Source: Utricularia gibba (lineage: Eukaryota; Plantae; Magnoliophyta). From it: a stretch of DNA of 64,000 bases. The position numbers were made by a program, and so were the translations under genes. Each line of letters starts with the position of its first letter. The first letter of the stretch is position 1. Under the pieces are notes generated by a model. It had not been told where the DNA came from. It did no database searches and worked only from the letters and a program-made list of their open reading frames with translations. The stretch lies in NCBI GenBank assembly GCA_002189035.1, contig NEEC01000010.1:2728001-2792000 (forward strand). The letters are read 5' to 3'. Of this stretch, positions 50,744-64,000 are shown piece after piece.

Positions 50744-53700
50744 CTCCCAGCTCGATATCCTTAGAAACTCGTCACAGACACAGACACAGACACATATATA
50801 TACATGGCACCCGAGGTCAAACAAGTGGTGCCTGATGCGTCAGCCGGAACCAAGCAGAAAATGTGTTCAATTTTGTTTATTTCTTTATCCACTGTTTGAA
50901 TGAAGAATGGGGAGATAGTGGAGCTCCGGGGAGGTGCTTTTTCTCACTGGGATACAGCTGCGAATTCTGTGAAGCGGATCAAAGTGGGTGCTTCCCTTCT
51001 TTCTTCACTTTTTTTACTACATAAACACACGCACCCGCACACAAACATATTACGTTTCTATATAAAAAGCAATAAAGGCTCGCCCAGTTTCGTTTACACA
51101 CTCACATGCTCCTGTAAAGATGTTCTTCCTCCCCATGGCATAATTAGCTCCATCCCCACTCACCCCGCTCCCTCCTTCAGCTCACCAGGAAGAGTAGGCG
51201 ATATTTCGCAGCCTGAATTTCAGAACACAGTTTCTGGATTTGATCTGATGATGGGATCGCCTCATAATGCTTGTAGTAAAACGGGTTGGATCAACAAATA
51301 AAACAGTGGGGCTGCCACCTACTCATTGCACAAGGGTCTCTCTCCCCAAAGAGTAAAAGGGCTTCGGGTCACTTGGTCCTTCGTACTTCCAGTACTTGCA
51401 CTTTTGGTTCACTGGTTTTGGCACTTATTACTGTGCTTTACTGTAATTTCAGTATTCATTTCTCCCTGAAAAAAAAAAAAAATTATGGATATGTTCTGTT
51501 TTCATAATTTAATTCTATTTAATTTTTGAATACTCTAATCTTTAATCATTATGTAATAAAATTAAAAATTCAGATTATGTGATTAATTTTATAAATTGTT
51601 GAATTTTTTGAATTCTTTTTTTAAATAATTAAATATTATATTAAATTCTATATTATTATTTAAAACAATTTTACAATCTCAAATTAATTTTATTCACATC
51701 ATGTTACAACTAATTATATTTTATATAATTTAAAACATAATTTTAAATTACACAACATATGGTATGTTAACATATTAATTAGATTTTTGTAAAAAAAAAT
51801 CTGATTCCAGTATCTTTTTAATATATATAGTATGTTCTTTTAAAACTGTTTTATTGCATTTACTGTGTTGGTTGTAATAACAAAATACTGCGCTATCTCA
51901 GTTGAGAGAAGTGTTGAATGCATGAAGCAGAGAGAGTCAGATTAAGACAAACAAAAGATGAATAAAGGGGTTGTCCCCCACGGGTGAAGAATGACTAGCA
52001 ATTTGACAACCACATCCCGCACTCCTCCCACATCAAGGACAAGGGGATCCGGATGGATCCCTTCAATGTAAGAAGAGTTTCTAATGATCCGAAAGTCGAT
52101 AATCCGGGTCCGGGTTTAAGGGAATATTCAAATGCAGAACCCGTTCGACATCGGGTTGATTAATAGGATGTTTGGTAGATGGTTTACGATTCATTTAGGA
52201 GGAAGGGACTGGTAACAAATTTAAATTAAATCTAATTTTAAACAAATTTAAAACTCTTACATGTTTTAGACAAAAAAAAGTATTGGTTGTGGGAAAGTTG
52301 TCATATTATATAAAACTTAGAGTATTATTTTATGTAGTTTTAATAATATTTTTGTTTTAGTGGATTCCATTTAATAACCATCTCTATTAACAAAATCCTT
52401 TAAAAAAAAAAGGAATATTTGACTTTGGGGTGATACTAACTATCAAATACAATGTTTGTGAATGCAACAATTATGGAATATGGTATTGGGCCCCATAAAA
52501 AAGAGAAGAAATCCCTATAAAATAACTTATTTACAAAAATATCCAGAAAAAAATGTATCCACACATTACCAAAGTGGGCTAAATATTTATCTGTCTTGGG
52601 GTTGAGATGCTACCTTGCAATAAATATCAAGAATAATATCTATCCACTCACCCAATGTTGAATGTTTTCTAGAGGGGGGCCCACTTTTACACATGAGATA
52701 ATAAATATCAGTGCACCAAAGATGCAGGAAAACATTATTTAAAAAACAATTATAACAATTGACAAATATTATTAGTATGTTTAAAAAATAAAATAACAAA
52801 AAAGGAAGACGACAAAATGATGTGGAATTGTGGGGTGTGCGTCATCATACCATAATACCATATGGCGTTGACTTTTGTGGAGTGGTCCGGTCGCGAACAG
52901 GTCATGTTTCGGTCAAGATGCAGAGGATCCAAAACGAATGTGGTGGTGGCGTGGGCCCCTTCCATCCCCCAAAACGGCGTCGGATTGGGGATGACAATGT
53001 TTCACAAATTTTGAAATTAATAAACTACCTATCACCATTCTCATACAATTAGTAGGGAAAAATGATTTCATTAAGGATGTGAACCATGCCCAATTATGAA
53101 TTATCATGATTTAGAAAATATCGTAATATTTCAATCATCTTTATCATGAGTAATATTACCTAAAAATTAACATAAGATCATCTTTTATACATCAATGATT
53201 CATTGGATCATAACGAATCATTAGGGATTAATGACTCAAAGTGATGGGCTCGGTTATTGAAAAGCATTTTTACAATGATAGAATCAAACGGATCCTACAT
53301 CAGTGATGGAGATTTTATGTTATGGAAGATGAAAATCGACATGTTTGATAATTTTAGTTAAAAAAAAAAAAGAAAGAAAGGAGTGCGTGGCATCGAGATG
53401 GAGTGAGTGTGTGTGGATTCTTGCAGGTCTTAGGGGTTGGTGAGTCAGAAAAAGGAGTGCTGCATCTTCTTACGCGTGGCGGATTCCTGTCCGAAACATG
53501 AAAAATCTCGGGTTCACCAACCGCAGCAGGCATCCCTCGCCACACAAGAAGATCTTCCTGCCATCTGTGGCTGCTCCGCTCAGTGCATTCACTGTCGCTG
53601 CTCTGGTGTTCTTGAGTGGAGCTTCTGGCTTTTTGAGGACTCTGTGGCGAATCACACTCAGAGCTCCTTTGGACATGGTGGGGGTGTCCAATGGGCCTGG

Positions 53701-53870
53701 AGAGAGTCCAAGAAGGAGACTTGCATGTCGACTGACGGCCATGCAATGCCGGGGATTCTTGAGTATTCCGACATCCACGGCGCTTCTTATGATTGGAGAC
53801 AAGGTCCAGGTTCATCGTCGTAATCCCACTTTCTGTCCAGAACCATCGCTAGCGTCCTGAACCGCCGCCG

Positions 53871-54499
53871 ATGGCCGCGCATCTCCTCCCCGGTGGTGGC
53901 GGCTGCTGCAACCCCTTCAGCTGCCTCATCAACTTCGTCTGCACGTGTATTTGCCAGATTATCTGCACCATTCTCCTTTTCTTCGCCCTATTGCTCCTCA
54001 TCCTCTGGCTCATTTTCCGGCCCCGCAGCCTCGAATTCGTCGTCACCGGAGCCTCCCTCGCCGAGTTCGACCTGAATCGGGACACCTTGCGCTACGATTT
54101 GGTCGTCAATCTCACCATTGGGAACCCTAACCAGCGAATCGATGTCCGGTACGATGACATCCAAGCGGCGGCGCTCTACCAGGGCATCGCTTCTCTGCCC
54201 TGGAATTGCAACCCTTTGATCAGGATCGGGATTCTGATGACACGATGACGGCACGATTTCGAGGGCAAAACGTTGTTCCCATGGGGCAAGATGAAATGTC
54301 CAATTACAACCGAGAAAAGAGCTCCGGCGAGTTCGGGTTGGACGTGAGGCTACAAATGTCGGTCCGATTGAAGTTCTTGTTCTTGCAGACATCTTCCGTG
54401 GTGACTCCCAAGGTTGATTGCCCCATTCATATTCCAGTCATCTCCGGTGGCCCCGCCTCGCCGCCGTTTGCGCCGCAGCGATGCGGCTTCATTTGGTGA
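53871..54499 (+). CDS. NDR1/HIN1-like (LEA_2) protein, intronless, with an apparent 1-nt deletion at about 54182-54184
   Basis: Cys-rich N-terminus, TM LLLILWLIFRP, and NLTIGNPNQRIDVRYDDIQAAALYQG. The second frame continues HRFSALELQPFDQ...RFRGQ...DVRLQMSVRLK...PKVDC...C. Confidence 0.88.
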
Positions 54500-55346
54500 T
54501 GCCGAGTCCATTCGAATCCGCACCTGTTACTTGTTCCCTAAAAAATGTACTCAAAGTTGATAATTTCGCCAAAGGTCACAAATTTGACGTCATTAAAACA
54601 ACAAATGCAAACTCTCTACATCAATATTGGTAAATCATCATGAATTTTAAATAAATCAATATAACTTTTTATTTAATTAATTTAAATAAATAAACATAAA
54701 TAAATTTTTCGTTTGATAAAATTAAATAAACGAACACGAATATGAAAATTTGTATTACTTTGTTCGATATAATAACTCTATATCTAATTATTGATTTTAT
54801 GAGTTTAATTAATTAATTTTATTATGAAAAAATAGGGCTTTTGTATAGTTCTGCGTATCATGCATGCAAAGTGTAGTTGCTCTGCGTCTCCTGAGAAGAA
54901 GGATCTGAAATGGGGAGCGAAGGATGAGAGAAAGACATCTGGATGATTCTAAAAATAGCCGGCCGGGGGTGCGCCTTTCTTCTGGGATTCGCGTATTTGC
55001 ATCAACTTTTACAAGCTCTCTCCTCAACCCGATTCGATTACTGATGCTGTTGCCCGAGTTCTTCACTCATTCATCCTCCGAATTTCGCGCAGTTTTTCCT
55101 CTGCTTCACGTTTCTGTCGTCCCCATTTGTGCATCTCCGTATGTGCATTATCCATCAGCCTCCGTTCTCGTGTTACTCTCCACCGGAATTACGATTTTTT
55201 TTTTCTGGAATTGCGATCGTTGATTTTGTGGAATTGGGGTAACTTAGGGGTTTCTTTTAGGTAGATGTTGATCGGGGTTCCAAATCGTTAGCTTACATGG
55301 TGGAATTGACAGGGGCTAGGGATTTGTAGAAATTGGAAGGCGTTTG

Positions 55347-57565
<2,219 letters not shown>

Positions 57566-60500
57566 CTGGAGTTAAGTTTCCAGACACTTGGTTTTCAAGG
57601 CGGGAGAAACCAGTGCACTCTTGCTATGTAGCAGGCTCAGCTTATTATCCTCTTGCTTTTACACCTTCACATTCTTTCCATGCATCTCTTTCTGTCTATA
57701 AACACACACACACATACTCATGAAGCAGAATTGTTGTAAATGATTAGTTTGGTGAGGAATAGGATACAAGTGCTTCTTCATTTTTCAGATTACTTGACTT
57801 CCATGGATGCACTCACCTCTTTGTGTTAGCTCCAAAAGTCGTAATTTTCACAAAAACGTGAATAACAGCATATGATATATTCTCCATGCCAGCCAATGAA
57901 GCAAGAATCCTCCATTCAAGCCAAGCCTCTAAGATAAACTACCAAGGTATTATTTGAAATAACTTTTGATTTTAAAGAATCGTTTTAAAACGGTTTTGTT
58001 AGTAAATACAAACGATATTTGTTGAAAAGTACTTTTCGAGAAACTATAGTAAAGAAAACTCAATTTTCATCCCATAATACATAAGCTTATATTGAATGCT
58101 TCGAACACTGGGAGGCTGCCATTTGTACACTAAAGTTTCAATGCACATTCTTTGAATTTTTTTTAAGAAATTATGTTTTTGTTTGTATTTTGTATTAAAA
58201 TTATAATTATTCAACAAAAATGTCATTTTAAATCATATTAATTACCAATTTTGTGAATCCAATAAAAATCATATATTTATTGAAATTGGTTGCTTTTTAT
58301 AGTAATTTTATCTTTATAATAATATTTTAAAAAATTCAAATACCCATTTAAATACAAACAAAAAATATAATTATTTTTACCCATTTTTCTTTTAATTGAT
58401 GTTTGTTGTGTGGTGGTGGATAGTTTTGTTAACAACCGGTACTTCGTTCCACCACCGCCCCTGTCTGGTCTGGCGTCTGGTAGCGGGAGGCGCCGCCACC
58501 CAGTTGGCTACTTCTGCATTACTTCAACGACCCTTCCCTCATACAAAAATGAAGATACGATGGTTAATTCGTAAAAGTGGATGACTGTGATTTATAAAGA
58601 ATTATGTTTGTATTGTGATTTGTGTACTCAATTCTCATGATTTTATATTTAATTTTTAAATTTTTATAAAAAATCCTCTATTATTCTAAAAAAAAAAGGT
58701 TTCATATAATATTTGTATAATTATTCTACTCAATCAATCTCATAGAATAATTCCATTCTTGTTGAGACGAAACATCACACCACTGGACTAAAAACTGTTA
58801 CGGCACGAATCGCTTCTTCGCTCAGGATCCAAACACAGTTTTGAAGAATAAAGCGGTGCCGTGGCGGAGAGGGAGAGGCAACGACGGAACCTCTACCGTG
58901 TCGGTGTGGGCGCATGTTGGAAGTGCTAAAATGAGCTAAGGCGATGGGACAGCATGAAGGCCGGAGTACGCCGCTGACCGAACCAGTGTACCCCTAGGGG
59001 AGGCCGCTGTCGGGACACGTGAACGGTGGAGGACACACGCCGTGATTTTTATTGTACCGGTAGCCGTCTTCTTTCTTGGATTCCGATGCGGGAGCGGCCA
59101 CCGTTCCTCCACGACGCATCCTTTCCGAGCCACCGTCTCCATCACGGATGCCCCTGCCAAATCCATCAACCTCAATGGAGGTACCAACAAAACAAAAATA
59201 TCTTCCACTACCTACAAACACTCCATTGAATTTTTTTTTTATTTTTTTAAAATAAATAATTATAGTTACCAATTTTAAATAGTATTTATACTATACAGTT
59301 TTCTAAGTCATTCAATAAACTAGTTGTATACTTATGCCATCTTAACTCATTCTACACTAAAAACCCTCAAAATGCGTCTTATATTAGATGTGGGTCGTGT
59401 TGAAATTAAAGCTTTTATAGATCAAATAATCACACGTAAAGTTTAAATATATAAAAAATATGAATCACAGTAAAAAAAATTAATCTTAATTAATTATTAA
59501 TGATATAGTAATTTCTTGTATATTTAACTATTTAAATTTCAAATAATGATATGAAATTATTTGTTCTAATATATTCTGGTCTTTGGAGAGAAGTAGAACG
59601 TAGTCTGCTACCCTTGTGAAATAAAGAAAGATGGGTTCCGTTCCTCCTGATGCCCAGGAAGATGGGGAGTGGAGCAGAGATCTGCAATGCGCACCACTCA
59701 CACAGACAAACAAACGACACTCGTGGTAAGAAAAAGTAGCACTCGAACTGCTGCATCGACTGACAACGTTCAGCCGACATAGGAAATGAAGGGTTGATAA
59801 ACATGCCTTAAAACCTAAAAAATCGATTAGACAAAATGATTCCCCACTTCGCATCAGATTTTTTTAGATGCTCAGGTTGAACAGGACCAAAAGCCTCTTT
59901 ATGTAGTGGAACGGTGCCACCCGGGGACCTTTTCACAGTTGTTTAGTTTTTAAACAAGTAATCTTTTTATAGTAAATTATAAACATTCCTAATCAATTAA
60001 AATTAATCTTTTTAAATATAATTCATACTTATATTTATATTTTATATCTGTTATTATATCATTAATTTTAATATTACAAGCAAAAATACTACCAATCATG
60101 TGTTGTTCTCATTGTGATTCTATGGAATTGAATTTTGAAGCCGATGTAATATATATATTGTTTAATTCGAATATTCAATCATGTTATATTATATTATTTT
60201 GAAAAAAAAAATATTTTATACAAAATTAAGAATATCTCTTTATCTAAGCATTCTCTTCTCAATTGGTAATCAATGTGAAATATCATCATTAGATTTATGA
60301 TTTTACATTCTCCATGAATATCACCTTTTCCCACCATTAATATGTACCCGAATGTAACTCTAATATCAAATGTTACAACCTACATTAACCTTGTATAATA
60401 TTGTATTTTTTAGATACTCAAATTTTACAGTTTTACATTTATTTTTTCAAGAAAAAAAATCTCATATTAATCAAAAATATATATTCAAAATATTATTATA

Positions 60501-60643
60501 TTTGAAAAATATATTTAATATATAAGCTTTCATAAGGTCATTGAATTATTTTGTAAATTACGCATGTTTTAGATAATTAATCTACCTAAAGTAATTCTCA
60601 ACATAGTCGTGATGAAGTGGTTTAGCTCCGTGTTGTATTTAAA

Positions 60644-60661
60644 GGGGGGGGGGGGGGGGGG
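60644..60661 (+). repeat. Poly-G tract (G18) upstream of the ABCG gene
   Basis: 18 consecutive G read directly. Confidence 0.85.
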
Positions 60662-60851
60662 ATGGATGATGCCCTGCTTCCATGGTCACAAGTCACAACA
60701 GAAGGCAACTTTTCTGGGAGACTGATTAAACTCGGTAGCCATCTCTTCTCCTCCTCCGGCGTTCCCTGATTGCTTTTCCGATGTGGTCTGTGTGACGCTT
60801 AATTCCCCCATCAAGCTGGGTTTGAATTGATCTCATGCAATTCGCCGGAAG

Positions 60852-63729
60852 ATGAGCAGTACAACGAGGGTGCTGAGCCGGACGAAATCTGAGCAGCTGC
60901 TGGGATGCCCACGACGGCGCTGGAAACAGGGAAGCGCGGCGGCTCCGCGATACGCAAGTCGAGAAGCGAGCAGCTCAAGTACGATGTGGATGAGCTGAAC
61001 ACCCGGGCCGCCATGAGCCGAGCTTCCAGCGCCAGCGCCAGCCTTGGGTTCTCCCTTTCCTTCAACCGAATCACCGTTCCACAGGAGGAACACGTCGCCG
61101 GAGGTCAAGATTTGCTCACCGACGTCGACGATGAAACCCGTGAGTTCTTCCACGTCACATTTCCCCTGCCGCATTCACCATTTTTTTTTCCAACAAGATT
61201 TATTTCCGTACCGATTTTCCTAAAATAGAAATTAATCATCATAATGTTAAAAATTTATATTAAAATAATCACCATAATGTCCCAGAGGATATTGAAGCTG
61301 GTCCCAAAAAGAAGAAGCTTCAAGCAGAGCCAACTTTGCCCATACACCTCAAGGTATGCGTTAGTTGATCTATCAATTTTATACAAATTGAAATTGAAAA
61401 ACTTCAAAATTTTTAAGAATTTTGAAATATGTGTCGTTCGTATTTAATAATAAAACTGATTTTTATATGCAGTTTAGAGATGTTAATTACAAGGTTACAG
61501 TGAAAGGGATGAAGCCGAGGGTGGAGAAGGGGATCCTGAACGGGATCACGGGCTCCGTGGATCCCGGAGAAGTGTTGGCGCTCATGGGGCCATCCGGGTG
61601 TGGGAAAACGACGCTTCTCAGTATTCTGGGAGGGCGGATACGAGACTCCGTCAACGGCGGATCGGTGACATACAACGACGAGCCGTATTCCAAGTCGTTG
61701 AAGCGCAGGCAAGTTGATGATGCAGAGTTGCCGGAGTTGGGAGTGTGAGTGGTGGTGACATGGGGAGGTTTCTTTGCAGAATAGGGTTCGTTACGCAGGA
61801 TGATGTCCTGTTCCCTCACTTGACGGTGAAGGAGACGCTCAAGTACGCAGCTCGTCTGCGTCTCCCGTCGGCGTTAACCAGGGAGGAGAAGGATAAGCGC
61901 GCCATTGACATCATACATGAGCTTGGGCTGGATAGGTAATACATAAAGGCCGCATCTTTCTCACCAGAGCTGTTGAAAAAAACGTGTTGTTTTAGGTGCC
62001 AGGACACGATGATCGGCGGCGCATTCGTCCGGGAGTCTCCGGTGGGGAAAGGAAACGGGTGTGCATAGGAATGAGATACTGATAAACCCATCTCTGCTGC
62101 TGCTGGATGAGCCGACATCAGGGCTGGATTCAACCATAGCTTTGAAGATAGTAGACACACTGCACGGCATAGCTGAGGTGTGTATTTGTCGAACCAGTTC
62201 AACATAGCAGAGTTTTAGCTGAGGCAAGCTGCAATGGCAGGGCGGGAAAACAGTGATCACCACGATCCATCAGCCGTCGAGCCGCCTTTTCCTGAAGTTC
62301 GATAAGCTGGTTCTTCTGGGAAGAGGGAGTTTGCTGTATTATGGGAAGACAACAGAGGCAATGGCTCACTTTTCATCCATAGGATGTTCTCCTCTTATTT
62401 CAATGAATCCAGCAGACTTCATGCTTGATCTGGCTAATGGGAACTTGGTAGACATATCTGTGCCATCAGAGCTGGAAGACAAGGTTCAGTTGGGCCATCG
62501 GGGATCAGGCGCTGGAGGGAAGAAACCTGCACTTTCACTTCTGATTCACGAGGTAACTGCATAAACTCATCGGCATACTGTGGAAGAACAGCAGGCTTTT
62601 CTCATAAACATATTTGACTGAAGCAGTATCTGGTTGAGGCCTACGAGGCGAGGACTGCGGAGAGTGGAAAAAAGAGACATTTGGCACCGACACCTATTGA
62701 GAAAGCCGCCAGGAGAGAATGGGGAACAAGCTGGTGGGAGCAGTATTCCATACTATTCTGTAGAGGACTTAAAGAGCGAAGGCATGACTACTTCAGCTGG
62801 TTGAGGATCACCCAAGTTCTTGCTATTGCAGCAATCTTGGGAATGTTGTGGTGGCAATCCGGTAGTGATGACCCTGAGAAATTCCAAGAGCAGGTTAGGT
62901 TTCAACACGTTACTTGTAATTTTCCAGACAAAAACCAGGCTAAACAGAAGGCCATTGCAGGCCGGATTGCTTTTCTTCATTGCAGTATTCTGGGGATTTG
63001 TTCCAGTCTTCACAGCAATATTTACATTCCCACAAGAAAGAGCCATGCTGAGCAAGGAAAGGGCAGCAGATATGTACAGGCTAAGTGCATATTTTGCAGC
63101 AAGAACTTCAAGTGACCTGCCACTCGACCTAATGTTGCCACTAGTTTTCCTTCTGGTAGTCTATTTCATGGCAGGCTTAAGAATGGAAGCAGGGTCCTTT
63201 TTCCTCACCATACTTACGGTTTTCCTCTGCATCATAGCTGCTCAGGTTCAACATGTTCCTTCATTCACAGAAATCTGAATCTGAAGGGTGACTTTCTACC
63301 TGACATATGAAAACAATGCAGGGCCTGGGGCTAGCTATTGGCGCTACATTGATGGAGTTGAAGAGGGCAACGACTCTGGCCTCGGTTACAGTCATGACCT
63401 TCATGCTGGCTGGAGGCTTCTTTGTTGAGGTGAACTTATGTTTCTTTGTACAGTTCAGTAAATCTGAAACAGGATACCAGAAAATGATCCATTTTAAATT
63501 GTTTCAGAAAATTCCAGTGTTCATCTCATGGATCCGGTATCTCTCCTTCAACTACCACACCTATAAACTACTTCTAAAAGTTCAGTATGGGCATTTAACA
63601 AAAGCAATAGGTGGGATCAAAATCGATGATGGTTATACAGATGTTGGAGCACTCGCAGCAATGGTTGTCTGCTACAGAATACTAGCTTACATTTCTTTAA
63701 GAAGGATGAAACTTCACCTTGTAGCTTAA
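60852..63729 (+). CDS. ABCG22: ABC transporter G-family half-transporter (ABCG22-like), 10 exons, one GC-AG intron, three apparent 1-nt deletions
   Basis: LSRTKSEQL and [10 protein letters not shown]...[18 protein letters not shown]-terminus, [17 protein letters not shown], Walker [10 protein letters not shown], signature VSGGERKRV and Walker [13 protein letters not shown] (both after frame repair), [34 protein letters not shown]-terminal YISLRRMKL. Confidence 0.92.
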
Positions 63730-64000
63730 TCAAGAAACTCATACCTTCCAAAGTCTTCACCTTTCAAGACATATAACTTTGACAGTTTCTCATGCTAGTG
63801 TTCTCAGCCAGCGAAGTAGCCCAAGGAGAGATGCATCGAGTGCTTGGTTTTTCTTCTCCAATCCTGCTCAAACACAGAAAATCCCAAGTGAGAAGAGAAC
63901 ATCAAAAGTTTGATAGTGATGAGCTGAATCAATGTGTTGCATGTCGATGGATGATGAGCTTTGAAGTATTAAAAGAGCAACAACTAGCATCACACATCAC

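Noticed and set aside
54690-54775. ATAAACGAACACGAA motif resembling common dicot MITE internal repeats
   Set aside because: A single short degenerate occurrence with no termini or target-site duplication visible.

Overview
Eudicot plant nuclear DNA from a very compact genome. I find about 19 protein-coding genes in 64 kb, most introns are 60-100 nt, spacers are short and AT-rich, and no intact transposon is recognisable. No tRNA, rRNA or CRISPR array was seen. Gene order: MDIS-type LRR-RLK (+), nucleobase-ascorbate transporter (+), RINGv protein (+), group IIe WRKY (+), GIL1/DUF641-like (-), ERD2 (-), PUB17-like U-box/ARM (+), LORELEI-like GPI protein (-), F-box/LRR/FBD (+), CDK-like kinase (+), SIP1 (+), uncharacterised membrane-protein gene (-), NPF6.4 (+), CAF1 (+), conserved unknown protein (-), ALMT (-), NDR1/HIN1-like (+), CPK20 (+), ABCG22 (+). 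Nine frameshifts occur in seven otherwise intact genes, each at or beside a short homopolymer. These are most likely assembly errors rather than pseudogenes. The best candidate for new biology is an orphan GC-rich structured block at about 17.5-17.8 kb. It lies between two convergent genes and follows an snRNA-type USE core plus TATA box at Pol II-like spacing, but I cannot match it to a known snRNA. Other candidates are an orphan site-II promoter with a possible spliced transcript antisense to the CAF1 3' end, an interrupted 31-bp foldback, and several unexplained GC-elevated islands. All assignments are from reading the sequence; no database search was run.
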